Virus record (IMG/VR): IMGVR_UViG_3300010373_000011 | Coordinates: 1-60,522 of that record | Reading direction: 5' to 3' (one strand) | Length of the DNA: 60,522 bases | Source: a virus | Lineage: Duplodnaviria; Caudoviricetes | The notes under the pieces: model-generated | The model's input: the letters and a program-made list of their open reading frames with translations, nothing else | Told to the model about the DNA's origin: nothing | Databases searched by the model: none | Part shown: one piece after another, positions 44,365 through 53,680 of the stretch | Position numbering within the stretch: the stretch's first letter is position 1 | Layout of the letters: every line of letters starts with the position of its first letter | Program-made: the position numbers and the translations under genes

Positions 44365-44760
44365 ATGCCGCTTACTCCAGTTACCCCCGTCGGCGGTTCG
44401 ATCAAGGTCGGCGTCGTTACCATTCCCGATCAGCAGTGGGAGGGGAACTGGACGGGGCCGCTCGCGGACGTGACGCAAACAGACGGCGCAGGCGGTTCGT
44501 CATTCCGCGGGTTCGTGCAAGTGCCGGAATGGTCGTTCACGCTGTTTTACGATACTACGGATGCGGCCGTGGCGGCCGGCCTGGTGTTCGGCGCGGTGGT
44601 GACAATCGAGTTCTTGCTTGGCGGCAGCGGGCTCGCTGATATCGTGACAGGAACGACCGTCGCGGGCGTTCGTCGCATTCTTGACGCGAAAGGGGAAAGC
44701 GCGATCGGCGTTACCATCACCGGAAAAGGCGGCACGGTGGCGCTCGGGCAAGCGGCCTAA
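44365..44760 (+). CDS. Putative tail tube protein
   Basis: Position before chaperones and tape measure; beta-rich. Confidence 0.55.
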   Translation: MPLTPVTPVGGSIKVGVVTIPDQQWEGNWTGPLADVTQTDGAGGSSFRGFVQVPEWSFTLFYDTTDAAVAAGLVFGAVVTIEFLLGGSGLADIVTGTTVAGVRRILDAKGESAIGVTITGKGGTVALGQAA

Positions 44761-44762
44761 TC

Positions 44763-45251
44763 ATGGACACTAAACAAGTCAGCAATTCCGGCGGCGTCGT
44801 TCGCCTCGGCGACCTCAGTCTCTACGTTCAACAGCTCGAGTTGCGGCTGGAGCAATCGCTGCTCGACGGGCTCCGCAAAATCGCCAAGGAAGCGTCTGGC
44901 GACTATCTCCGGGCGGTTGAGCCGATGCTCGACCGGCTCGCGCGGATGAAGACTACCGAGGCGGCGGCGCGGTCGGCGATCATCATCGAAACCGTGGCGC
45001 GGATGGAAGCGAAACAGGAACTCCAGGGCATCGACGCCGTGATTGCCGCGAGCAAGACGCCGAAGGGCGCCGCGCTTGAGTTGTGGTATCGGGCGAGGGC
45101 CGGGAATCCGAACCTTCAACTCCGGGACCTGGAAGCCGTTATCGTTGATGCCGAGATTGCCTTGGACGTGCATTTCCAGATTCAGGAAGCGCTGGGTGCG
45201 AAAGACGACACCAAAAGCGAACCCGCTGGTTCTGGCAACCGCGCTGCTTGA
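44763..45251 (+). CDS. Tail assembly chaperone (G-like)
   Basis: Synteny. Confidence 0.6.
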   Translation: MDTKQVSNSGGVVRLGDLSLYVQQLELRLEQSLLDGLRKIAKEASGDYLRAVEPMLDRLARMKTTEAAARSAIIIETVARMEAKQELQGIDAVIAASKTPKGAALELWYRARAGNPNLQLRDLEAVIVDAEIALDVHFQIQEALGAKDDTKSEPAGSGNRAA

Positions 45252-45507
45252 ACACGATCTCTACGGCGTGTGGGAATCGCAGTACCAACCGAAGAATAAA
45301 CCGAACGGGTTAACGCTCGCGGAATTCTTCTCGCTCACGCCGGCTCAGATGATGCGGATGTTCTTCCGCGACCGCAACCCGAATCGGAAGTTGCCAGACA
45401 ACGACGCCGTGGCGCTGCTCCGCCGCGTGAATCAACACCTCGGCGAACAAGGTAGACGGCCGGTAACTCCGGAATGGTTCGTGAAGAAGGTGCGCGATGG
45501 CAAGTAA
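45211..45507 (+). CDS. Tail assembly chaperone extension (T-like), +1 frame relative to G
   Basis: GLTLAEFFSLTPAQ motif; overlaps the end of G and the tape measure start. Confidence 0.55.
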   Translation, partial: PKANPLVLATALLEHDLYGVWESQYQPKNKPNGLTLAEFFSLTPAQMMRMFFRDRNPNRKLPDNDAVALLRRVNQHLGEQGRRPVTPEWFVKKVRDGK

Positions 45508-47074
45508 TGAAACCTTCGTGGAGTTCGTCAAGTTCGAGGCCGCCGGACTTGAAGACATCATCAAGAATGTCGGCGAATTGGAAGAGTTCGTCAAGAAAGC
45601 GGCGACCCGGTACGTCGAACTGAACAACATCGTTAGCTCCCCAGCGGTTCGTGCCGCTGCCGAAGGCATCGCACGCATGAAGTCGGCCAGCGATGCGCTC
45701 GCGGCATCCGAGGCGAAGCATATCGAGAACGTGGTCCGCCGGAGCCGTCTGGAGAGCGGCAGTTATCTCCGCGATCGCTTTGCCAGCGGGCAACTGAATC
45801 GCGAAACGAATCGACTCGGTTATCAGGAACGCCAAGCGGCGTTGGCATCGGGACTGTTGGCCAAGGAAGCCATCCTGGAGGGTCGGCTACGCGCCGACAT
45901 TGCATCGCTGGCCCGCGCCGAACGGCGAACGATGCTCAGCTCTGGCGCGTTCGCCGAGGGCGTGCATTACCGCGAATTAGGTAAGCACGAAGACGCTCAG
46001 ATCGAACGGGCCGAACGGCGTGCCGAGTTGAGGGTAACTCACGGACGGCTCGGCGGGGCAGCGGCATTTGCGTTGGAACGGCTGCGACCGGGCTTGTTAG
46101 CGGCGGGGGCCGTGGGCGGGGCTGGCCTGGCGGCAGGGCGTGCCGGGTTGGCTGGGACCGTGCAAGGCGAACGATTGGCCTTCGAGATTCACTTGTTGAA
46201 TCGCGAGATCGCTGGGGCGTTGCTGCCCGTCGTACGAGACTTGACCAACGTGATTCGATTCTTCCGAACGAAATTGGAAGGCTTGAGTGGGACGCAACAG
46301 AGCATGCTGGGGTACGGGATCGCTGGGGCTGCTGGTCTGGGAGCGATCGGTTTGGCTACCTCGGGAATTTCCAAGGCCATCGGTGGGCTATCGAAAATCA
46401 TGGGCGCGGTCGGTTTGCGGGCTACGGCCGCGGCGGGGGGTTCGCTCGCAGGTAGCATGGCGGCGAATGCAGCTGGAACGGCGGCAGGGAACATCGCTGG
46501 GAATGCAGTTGCCGGAGCTGGCGTTGGTGCGGGTGGTGCAGCGGCTTCGCGGTTTGGCCGGGTTGCTCGTTTTGCTCGGTTCGCTGGTCCTCTTGCTGTT
46601 GCAGCTGCTGTCGCAAAGGATGCTCTCCACGAAGAGAAGCCAGGCGACGAAAGCTATTACCGCCTCCTTCGCCAACGTGGGAACAGCAAGGGGATTTCTG
46701 GTCTGTATTCGACCCTCTACAGCGCTACGGAAATGTTTGGGCTATATGACCTCTTCGGAACTGATCGAAAAGCCGATCTGCGCCGCCAAAAAACCAGGGA
46801 CAATTACGGCGGCGAGGATGCGCACCGAAACCCCCTCATCGCTCAAGCCGGCTTCGAGAGCTTCGACGATGCTTACCGCCGGGTTGCGGAGAACGTGGCA
46901 CTCCGGAGCGCGATGGAAGCGGAGCCGGGCGGCGCGCTGGAACCGAAGAACAAGATCGAAGGGAAGCCGGGTGAACAGGCCGGAGGCCAGCCAACCAAGA
47001 CGGATTCCTGGCTGGAGCGGATTTTCGCGCTCCTTGAAGAGGGGTTCCGTCTCACGCCGAAGCCGTTGAAATGA
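45497..47074 (+). CDS. Tape measure protein (short, 525 aa)
   Basis: Ala/Gly-rich, helical; synteny. Confidence 0.8.
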   Translation: MASNETFVEFVKFEAAGLEDIIKNVGELEEFVKKAATRYVELNNIVSSPAVRAAAEGIARMKSASDALAASEAKHIENVVRRSRLESGSYLRDRFASGQLNRETNRLGYQERQAALASGLLAKEAILEGRLRADIASLARAERRTMLSSGAFAEGVHYRELGKHEDAQIERAERRAELRVTHGRLGGAAAFALERLRPGLLAAGAVGGAGLAAGRAGLAGTVQGERLAFEIHLLNREIAGALLPVVRDLTNVIRFFRTKLEGLSGTQQSMLGYGIAGAAGLGAIGLATSGISKAIGGLSKIMGAVGLRATAAAGGSLAGSMAANAAGTAAGNIAGNAVAGAGVGAGGAAASRFGRVARFARFAGPLAVAAAVAKDALHEEKPGDESYYRLLRQRGNSKGISGLYSTLYSATEMFGLYDLFGTDRKADLRRQKTRDNYGGEDAHRNPLIAQAGFESFDDAYRRVAENVALRSAMEAEPGGALEPKNKIEGKPGEQAGGQPTKTDSWLERIFALLEEGFRLTPKPLK

Positions 47075-47076
47075 AC

Positions 47077-47202
47077 TTAGCGGCTGTTCCGGCGAAGATA
47101 GCGAACAAGAAAAAACACCCCAATCCCGATTGCGATGAACGGCAACAGGCAAATCAACATCGTCAGGAATTCAGGAATTCCCAATGGAAGAATCGCGAAC
47201 AC
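47077..47202 (-). CDS. Small membrane protein (moron, 41 aa)
   Basis: AGAGGA RBS; VFAILPLGIPEFLTMLICLLPFIAIGIGVFFLVRYLRRNSR. Confidence 0.6.
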   Translation of the reverse strand: MFAILPLGIPEFLTMLICLLPFIAIGIGVFFLVRYLRRNSR

Positions 47203-47216
47203 GGGCATTCCTCTTA

Positions 47217-47333
47217 TCAGTGATCGCAGGTGGGGCAGGTGCCAATCTTCCCGATGGCGTTTTCAGGCGCTTTGCTTTTCTTGCCGCAACTTGGGCATGG
47301 AAAGCGGACCATCGGCGTATCTTCGGGGTTCAT
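47217..47333 (-). CDS. Zinc-ribbon peptide (moron, 38 aa; possibly truncated)
   Basis: MVRFPCPSCGKKSKAPENAIGKIGTCPTC. Confidence 0.55.
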   Translation of the reverse strand: MNPEDTPMVRFPCPSCGKKSKAPENAIGKIGTCPTCDH

Positions 47334-47461
47334 ATTTTCAATGATCGGCACCGATACCCGCATCGGTCAAGAGAAAATCGCCTTATTCGGAATTGCTGGT
47401 CGCCTTCAGCTCATGGACCTCATCACGGACCGGCAGGCAATTCCCGCTCGAAAATGCCGGA

Positions 47462-48481
47462 ATGCCGACGATCCCTTCGTCCTGGCTCCGTTCCTCCCCG
47501 TCGAACGTCCCATACCACTTCCTCTTGAAGTATGCGGAATCGTTCGAGCGGGACGCCAACACGTCCACGGCGTTCATCGAGACGCCTTTCGGATCGACCG
47601 ACAACCTCAAGCGCGATTGGTTCGGCAGTGCAACGTACCTCGGCGGCGGTCCGCAACTCATGCGCACGCTGCCTTATGCCAGCGCCTACAACCAAATCGA
47701 GATGCCGGTCGGTTCCGGTACGTTCGTGCCGAACCAATTCCTCGATCGCATGGACCTCCTTGGGTTCCAGCCAGAGAAGCCAGATGCCGCTCACGTCGCG
47801 AGCGATCCCGCCACTGGGTGGCCCGAGGTTGACGGGTATGCACAATACCAACTCACCTTCAACGCTCGTCCCTATTCGCTTCTCAGCGACGCCGATGCCA
47901 AGGCTGCCGCCGATGCACAGAACGCCATCTCCGCGAACTCCTGCGTTCCTGAGATGTTCAGGTTCCTTCGGCTCACGCGACGATACCTACCCGAATCGCG
48001 GAAGATTCCGACGGCTGGGTTCGAGGTTTACGACCCTGCCGGCGACACCGTTCCTCCTGGCGCGTTCAAGCCATTCGTGATTCAGGAAGTTGGCTCAATC
48101 CCGACATTCCAGGTTGAAATCGTCGCCGAGACGATATTTTGGCCCGCCGCCAACTTCCCCGACGGCGGCGTTATCACTTGTCTTGGAACCGTGAACGTCG
48201 CGGCCATCTTCCTGAACGGCAATCTCTTTCAACCAGGCACGCTGCTCTACAAGGGGCCGGCTTCCGAACTCACGCCCTACAAGTGGATCGACGGCAACTT
48301 CTACTTCGACGTGCCCCACCTTTTCGGATATCGCTCTGACGGTTGGAACAATCACCGGCTGAATGCGCCTATCGCTGGCCAGCAATGGTGGCCGATTCGC
48401 GCGAAAGGCGTCGCTGGGAATCAGCCATTGTTTCAATCCGCCGATCACACGAAAGTTTTCTCTCCGGAGCCTAGCCACTAA
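47462..48481 (+). CDS. Putative distal tail/baseplate protein
   Basis: Synteny; FQPGTLLY...GWN. Confidence 0.6.
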   Translation: MPTIPSSWLRSSPSNVPYHFLLKYAESFERDANTSTAFIETPFGSTDNLKRDWFGSATYLGGGPQLMRTLPYASAYNQIEMPVGSGTFVPNQFLDRMDLLGFQPEKPDAAHVASDPATGWPEVDGYAQYQLTFNARPYSLLSDADAKAAADAQNAISANSCVPEMFRFLRLTRRYLPESRKIPTAGFEVYDPAGDTVPPGAFKPFVIQEVGSIPTFQVEIVAETIFWPAANFPDGGVITCLGTVNVAAIFLNGNLFQPGTLLYKGPASELTPYKWIDGNFYFDVPHLFGYRSDGWNNHRLNAPIAGQQWWPIRAKGVAGNQPLFQSADHTKVFSPEPSH

Positions 48482-50532
48482 TGGGCTTCGACCCTCCCAA
48501 ACCGTTAAAAGTCGGCACCTATCCGTCTGCCACGGACTTCAATGGCATCCTCTCGCAACTCTACGCGCTCGGCCGACCCGTCACGGATGGCATGATTGGC
48601 GTGGAGCAGTCGGGTTACGGCCAGCAAACGACCGACCTCCGCTCCACGAAAATATTCATCCGCATCACGTCCCAAGGCGACGGCACCACGGCCCCGAAAT
48701 TCGCCTATGGCTGGAACCAAGTTATCGATAACGGCGATGGCACCTACAGCGATCAGCCGACGGACCAGCCGAACGCACCGTGGGGCACGCCGACCTCGGG
48801 ACCGGCTTACGAAATCGCGAATCGCACCGACGTTCCTTCCGCCTCGGCGACGGCAACGCCGCCGGGTCCGATAGTCCAGGCGTGGCCGGGGCAGCAAGAC
48901 GGCGCGGCGATGTACTTCAGCTATGTTGCCTCTTCCGCCGATTTCAAGGTCCGCCTCACCGCCCAGTGCATCACTCCCGCCTGCGGCTCCGACGGCGGCA
49001 CCGGCGTTTGGGCCGCCGACATCTACCAGGAAGTCGGTGGGGCGGTATCCACGAACGGGCCGCTGGGCGGCATCCCGCTCGCTGGTCCCGGCAATCCCTA
49101 CTGCCTCTACGCGACGCCTGCTGTGGATGGCTCACCCGGCAATCCAGAGGTTGGCGACGTTTACACGGCGATTCCAAATCCCAAGAATCCGAAAACTTGG
49201 CTGTTCACGCCGAAACTGACGAACGGGACATGCGGCGGGGCGTGGTACGCCGATATGTCGCTCTCGGCGGCGATCCAGATTCAGCAGATCGGCGGCAACG
49301 GGCGATGCGGGTGCGAGCCGAGCGAGACCGACGACCCAACGGCGGGGCTGGCGCTCTACGTACCGGCCAAATCCGGTTGGCTTCGTGTCAACATGGGAAA
49401 AACCTGTTGCGGGTGCGGGAGCCTAGTGTTCCGCCCGCTCGATCCCGACGCCGGGACCGCCGAACTCGACCTCGAAGGCTTTCACGTCGCTTGCGATACC
49501 GGGGCCTTGTTCAACAAGACGCTCCAGGTGGATTGCACTGGCGTTGATCCCGACAGTGTGCCGTTTGTCATATTCCGAGGGCGAGGCACGGATGCATGCG
49601 CGAATGAAGACCCCATCGGTTGCGACAACAATTTCCGAATCAAGGTCAGGTGTCTCGGCAGTGTGGAAAACATCTGTACGTGCATCTGGTGCACGCAGTG
49701 TTGTAGTGGGGCCAGTGCGTTCGGTTGGTGGGCGAATATCTCGGGGTTCTCCGACGACACGCTCAACGGCGACTGGGTATACGGGTACAACGCCGAGGCT
49801 TCCAGTGGGTGCCAGTATAAGGGGGTCTGTCCGAATAACGCTTCGAGTAGCGGACTCGATATTGAATCGATACTCGATGTAGTTGGTTCTGGCGCGGATT
49901 GGAATTGGCAACTGACGCACGGCGGTTCGGTCTATCAATCCGGGGTGGGCTCGTTCAACTGCTGTTCGTCGAATGTGATGGCCAAGGTGAGTGGCGACGG
50001 TCCGGACTCAATCACAGTGAATCCCATCCTTGCGAATGGCGAATGTCCGACGTGCGCCAAGACGATGCCGGAAACGGTGTATGTCAAGATTCTCGCAGTC
50101 TCGACGACGGGCGGGGCGACGGCGGGATTCACACTCGGCGACGTGTTCGCACTCCCGCGAAGCGATTTCTACACGGACGATCAGCCGGAATGGTGCGGGC
50201 CAAGTCGCACTGATTGCGGGTTCCCGCCGTATCCGGGCATCGTTTTCTCGTGTAATATCGCCGACGATGGTAGCAACCCTCACGCATCAGGATGTCTGGG
50301 GTTCAGTGTGACCGGCACGAGTGCAACCGATGTGTTCTATGCTAGCGGGATTAATGGCGAATCCGCGCCGCCGCCGCCGAATGTGACAACGACATTGCTG
50401 GACTGCAATTGCACGGGCGTTCTGTTGCACGGGACATCGACGATTACGTGCGCCCAGGTTCTCGGATGCGATTTCGGACCGGACGGTTCTTCCGTTACCT
50501 ACGAATTCCAGGTTACAGATTCGCCGCCATGA
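48481..50532 (+). CDS. Cys-rich putative tail tip protein
   Basis: 683 aa with about 30 Cys in CC/CxC clusters; coupled to upstream gene. Confidence 0.7.
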   Translation: MGFDPPKPLKVGTYPSATDFNGILSQLYALGRPVTDGMIGVEQSGYGQQTTDLRSTKIFIRITSQGDGTTAPKFAYGWNQVIDNGDGTYSDQPTDQPNAPWGTPTSGPAYEIANRTDVPSASATATPPGPIVQAWPGQQDGAAMYFSYVASSADFKVRLTAQCITPACGSDGGTGVWAADIYQEVGGAVSTNGPLGGIPLAGPGNPYCLYATPAVDGSPGNPEVGDVYTAIPNPKNPKTWLFTPKLTNGTCGGAWYADMSLSAAIQIQQIGGNGRCGCEPSETDDPTAGLALYVPAKSGWLRVNMGKTCCGCGSLVFRPLDPDAGTAELDLEGFHVACDTGALFNKTLQVDCTGVDPDSVPFVIFRGRGTDACANEDPIGCDNNFRIKVRCLGSVENICTCIWCTQCCSGASAFGWWANISGFSDDTLNGDWVYGYNAEASSGCQYKGVCPNNASSSGLDIESILDVVGSGADWNWQLTHGGSVYQSGVGSFNCCSSNVMAKVSGDGPDSITVNPILANGECPTCAKTMPETVYVKILAVSTTGGATAGFTLGDVFALPRSDFYTDDQPEWCGPSRTDCGFPPYPGIVFSCNIADDGSNPHASGCLGFSVTGTSATDVFYASGINGESAPPPPNVTTTLLDCNCTGVLLHGTSTITCAQVLGCDFGPDGSSVTYEFQVTDSPP

Positions 50533-51635
50533 TGAAGTACATCCCCGAGCTTGGTTACGAACTCGAAGGGCGTGCGCTCGCCCACTGGGAAGGTACGTCC
50601 GATCTCACGGCGGCGCAGTGCGAGAAATACCGGCAGATGCTTCTCAAGCGGCCGAAGCCGGGTACGACAACGGCGAAGCCGAGCAACGGGTACATCGCGA
50701 ATGTCACCGCGAAGTTCCCGTGCATTCACCGAGGGGCGGCCACCGGGAAGACCGGCTGCCGATGCCATCAGCGATCAACGACAACCGTGTATGCGTGCAA
50801 GATTCACGGCAAGTGTTCGTTGGAGCGGGCGCTGAACGATACCGCCGATGGGTGGGTGGAATTCTGTCAGGAGTGTGAGGAACGGGAAGAGACGCCTTTG
50901 CTGCAACTGGAGGCACCGCGAAAGCCGGTGATTCCCGCGCGGGTGTTGCCGCCTATCACATATCACTACCCGCATGTCGTCTATCATGTCGCCGAAATGG
51001 GCGACTGGCAGGAAGTCGTTTGCGAGCAGCTGTACGACCTCGCGGCGGCGGGGCTCGTGCACATCAACGTTACGGTTGCGGGCGGTTCAGGCGATTGGGT
51101 AGTCACCGAGGCCGCGCAGCGGGGCATATCCGCTACGATCGTTGCCCGGAGTCCGTCGCTCAAGGTGTATGAATCGCTTGCCCTGGACGAGGTTTACCGA
51201 TTCGCCAACAGCACGGAGGGTATCGAGGGTCGGCCGATCCTGTACCTGCACACGAAGGGCGTCTCGGCACCGGGGAACCTCGGCAAGCGGTTGTGGCGGC
51301 GGCTGATGATGCGGCATCTGGTCGCGAAGTGGCGCGAACACTGGCCGGCACTCACCGATCACGATGCCGTTGGTTGCAACTGGATGCCGCACCATCGCTC
51401 CGGCAACGAAACCGCACCGCACTTCGCGGGCAATTTCTGGCTGGCCCGCGCCGATTACATCCGCTCGCTGCCGCCGTGGGAGGCGTGGTGGCGAAAACGC
51501 GGACACGAGCGGTTCTCGTGCGAATCGTGGATAGGGGCAAACCCGGCGGCTAAAGTGAGGTCGCTGCTCGTGGAGGACGTTGGTTGGGGCAACGATGCGC
51601 CAGAGAACTTCACGCCATTTCTGGAGACACCGTGA
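50529..51635 (+). CDS. Cys-rich N-terminus fused to glycosyltransferase-like domain
   Basis: CIHRG...YACKIHGKCS...CQEC; ILYLHTKGVS...HFAGNFWLARADYIRSLP. Confidence 0.6.
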   Translation: MMKYIPELGYELEGRALAHWEGTSDLTAAQCEKYRQMLLKRPKPGTTTAKPSNGYIANVTAKFPCIHRGAATGKTGCRCHQRSTTTVYACKIHGKCSLERALNDTADGWVEFCQECEEREETPLLQLEAPRKPVIPARVLPPITYHYPHVVYHVAEMGDWQEVVCEQLYDLAAAGLVHINVTVAGGSGDWVVTEAAQRGISATIVARSPSLKVYESLALDEVYRFANSTEGIEGRPILYLHTKGVSAPGNLGKRLWRRLMMRHLVAKWREHWPALTDHDAVGCNWMPHHRSGNETAPHFAGNFWLARADYIRSLPPWEAWWRKRGHERFSCESWIGANPAAKVRSLLVEDVGWGNDAPENFTPFLETP

Positions 51636-51850
51636 TTCGATTCCTGAAATATCTGTGGAACGGCCCATGTCTGCATAGGCGGGCATATGCCTTCACGCTG
51701 CGGGGGGAGTCGGGGAATCCTTCGCAAACTGAGAAAGGAACCGATGTGTATGTCCGGTGTCCGGATTGCGAACTCGAATTGATGCTACCAGTCAAGATTG
51801 ACGAACCGCATTATATTCCGTGGTCGGGCGACCCTTACGATCCGCAATGA
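51632..51850 (+). CDS. Small zinc-ribbon-like protein
   Basis: CLH...YVRCPDC; coupled overlaps. Confidence 0.5.
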   Translation: MIRFLKYLWNGPCLHRRAYAFTLRGESGNPSQTEKGTDVYVRCPDCELELMLPVKIDEPHYIPWSGDPYDPQ

Positions 51851-52500
51851 ATCTTTATCCCACAATCACTTGGGTATCGGTCGCCACGCCGGGCTATGAG
51901 GGCGACCTGGCTCGGCTCACGGCGTCCACCCGCCACCTCGGGGCCGATCATCGGTTCATCTTCCACCGCACCGCCCGCAACGAACTGTGGTACCTGACAC
52001 GGAAGTTCGAATTCCTCCGCCGAGGATTCGATAATTGCCGGACGACGCACCTATTCTGGATCGATGCCGACTGCGAGATCGTCGCACCGTTTACGGCGCG
52101 GGACATCGCCGGGACGAAGCCGCTGACGGCGGTACGTCACTTCGGCAGCACGGGGCCGAAGAACTACCTGCCGCCGAAGTACCATGCGCGGCTCGGCAAC
52201 ACCGGTGCCATCTCGTGGCAATCGTGTCTGTTCGGCGGCACTGTAGATGCAATGGCCGCCCAGCTCGAACGGCTCCAGTGGATGGATGCCGAGGGCGAAA
52301 CCTACGACGAGCATGGGCTAGTTATCGACTGGAGCCAGCGGGTTGACGATGTGCTAACGCTGCCGTGTCGGTGGGTGGCACCGACATGTTTCGACAAGTT
52401 CCCGGTGGAGTACCGGGCGCGGTTCAACGAGCGGGCGGAAGGTTTGCCGGTGGTGGTGCATCACAACAGGGCATTGAATCCGGGGCAGGCAAGGGGCTAG
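51847..52500 (+). CDS. GT-A fold glycosyltransferase (GT6-like)
   Basis: THLFWIDAD (DxD), LTAVRH, CLFGG, YDEHGL. Confidence 0.65.
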   Translation: MNLYPTITWVSVATPGYEGDLARLTASTRHLGADHRFIFHRTARNELWYLTRKFEFLRRGFDNCRTTHLFWIDADCEIVAPFTARDIAGTKPLTAVRHFGSTGPKNYLPPKYHARLGNTGAISWQSCLFGGTVDAMAAQLERLQWMDAEGETYDEHGLVIDWSQRVDDVLTLPCRWVAPTCFDKFPVEYRARFNERAEGLPVVVHHNRALNPGQARG

Positions 52501-52589
52501 CGAAAATGGTCGGGAAGGAGTTCGGCAACAAGAGCAACAAGCTCATAACTAACGACCTGCGTATTAACATTTAGGCTGGGAAAGCGAGC

Positions 52590-52931
52590 ATGAGCAGCTT
52601 CCAAATCGTCGGTCCCATCGGTATCCATCGCCACCATCTCGCCGCCATCTGCGAGGAATCGCACGGCCACACGCACAACTACGATCACACGACGATTGTG
52701 CTCGCCGGCCGCATCTGTATTACGCGCGAAAATCTGATCGATGGCGTCTGGGTCGCTTCGCTGCCAGAAGAGTACGACCGCGGCGAGGCCGCCTACGTTC
52801 CGGCGAACGAGAAACACACGATCAAGGCCCTGGAACCGAACGCGGAATGGCTGTGCGTGTTTTCGCACCGCGATTTCGATGGTCTAAGGACCCAGCGATA
52901 CACGCACGGCAACGTTGCCGCGTACCATTGA
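52590..52931 (+). CDS. Cupin-domain protein
   Basis: GHTHNYDHTTIVLAG...YVPANEKHTIKALE. Confidence 0.8.
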   Translation: MSSFQIVGPIGIHRHHLAAICEESHGHTHNYDHTTIVLAGRICITRENLIDGVWVASLPEEYDRGEAAYVPANEKHTIKALEPNAEWLCVFSHRDFDGLRTQRYTHGNVAAYH

Positions 52932-52959
52932 GAGACTAATCCATTTTTGAGGTCTAATC

Positions 52960-53307
52960 ATGCTCAATCAGATCACTCTTGCCCAACTCCTGAGTGAGAT
53001 TCAATCGTTCGGCGTGCAACTGAATTTGTTGCTCAACCATCAAGTCCTTTTGTTTGCTAACGATGTCGTAAATGTCATCGGCATCAACGGTCTGCAAGCG
53101 GCCCCATATTCCCTGTCATCAGGAGATGCATCAACACTTTTCGCTGCGTGCCAAGATCTCGATAGATTCCGCAAGGTCTATGGCGGACTCGGGTATGTCA
53201 CAGCGGGCGCGACTGTGAATTCCGGGGTCTATCACGACAACGACGGGTCGAATTTCGGCTACCCGTTCAACATCAATGTCAATAAGTGCGACGGCTTGGG
53301 ATATTGA
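52960..53307 (+). CDS. Hypothetical virion-associated protein
   Basis: GAGGT RBS; in the tail-fibre block. Confidence 0.6.
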   Translation: MLNQITLAQLLSEIQSFGVQLNLLLNHQVLLFANDVVNVIGINGLQAAPYSLSSGDASTLFAACQDLDRFRKVYGGLGYVTAGATVNSGVYHDNDGSNFGYPFNINVNKCDGLGY

Positions 53308-53678
53308 GCGTGGAACTCCTCATCCAGGTCACGGTCGATCCGGTGAAACCGACCTCGCAGCCGGCCGGCGACGTAATCGCTGCGTTTCCGGACGGGCATC
53401 GGTGGGGGACGGATGAACTGCAACATCCCCACTGGCGAATCGTTCGCGTGCCCGGCATGGACTCACACGAAGCGGATTCCCTGTGCGCCGGCGAACTCAG
53501 GACGCGCGGACACACTCAGATATTGCGCGATCACGGCATGACTGTTGACGTTGTTGCCCTCGGTTTGCCAGATGTAATCCGTGATCCTCATCGGCACTGG
53601 GACGCCAGCGTAGAGGCGCATATTGAGCATGCAACATTCCGAGCCGCCACATCACTTAAAGCACCTGTAGTGAGGTAG
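53304..53678 (+). CDS. Hypothetical protein
   Basis: GDVIAAFPDGHRWG...WRIVRVP; coupled. Confidence 0.6.
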   Translation: MSVELLIQVTVDPVKPTSQPAGDVIAAFPDGHRWGTDELQHPHWRIVRVPGMDSHEADSLCAGELRTRGHTQILRDHGMTVDVVALGLPDVIRDPHRHWDASVEAHIEHATFRAATSLKAPVVR

Positions 53679-53680
53679 AA

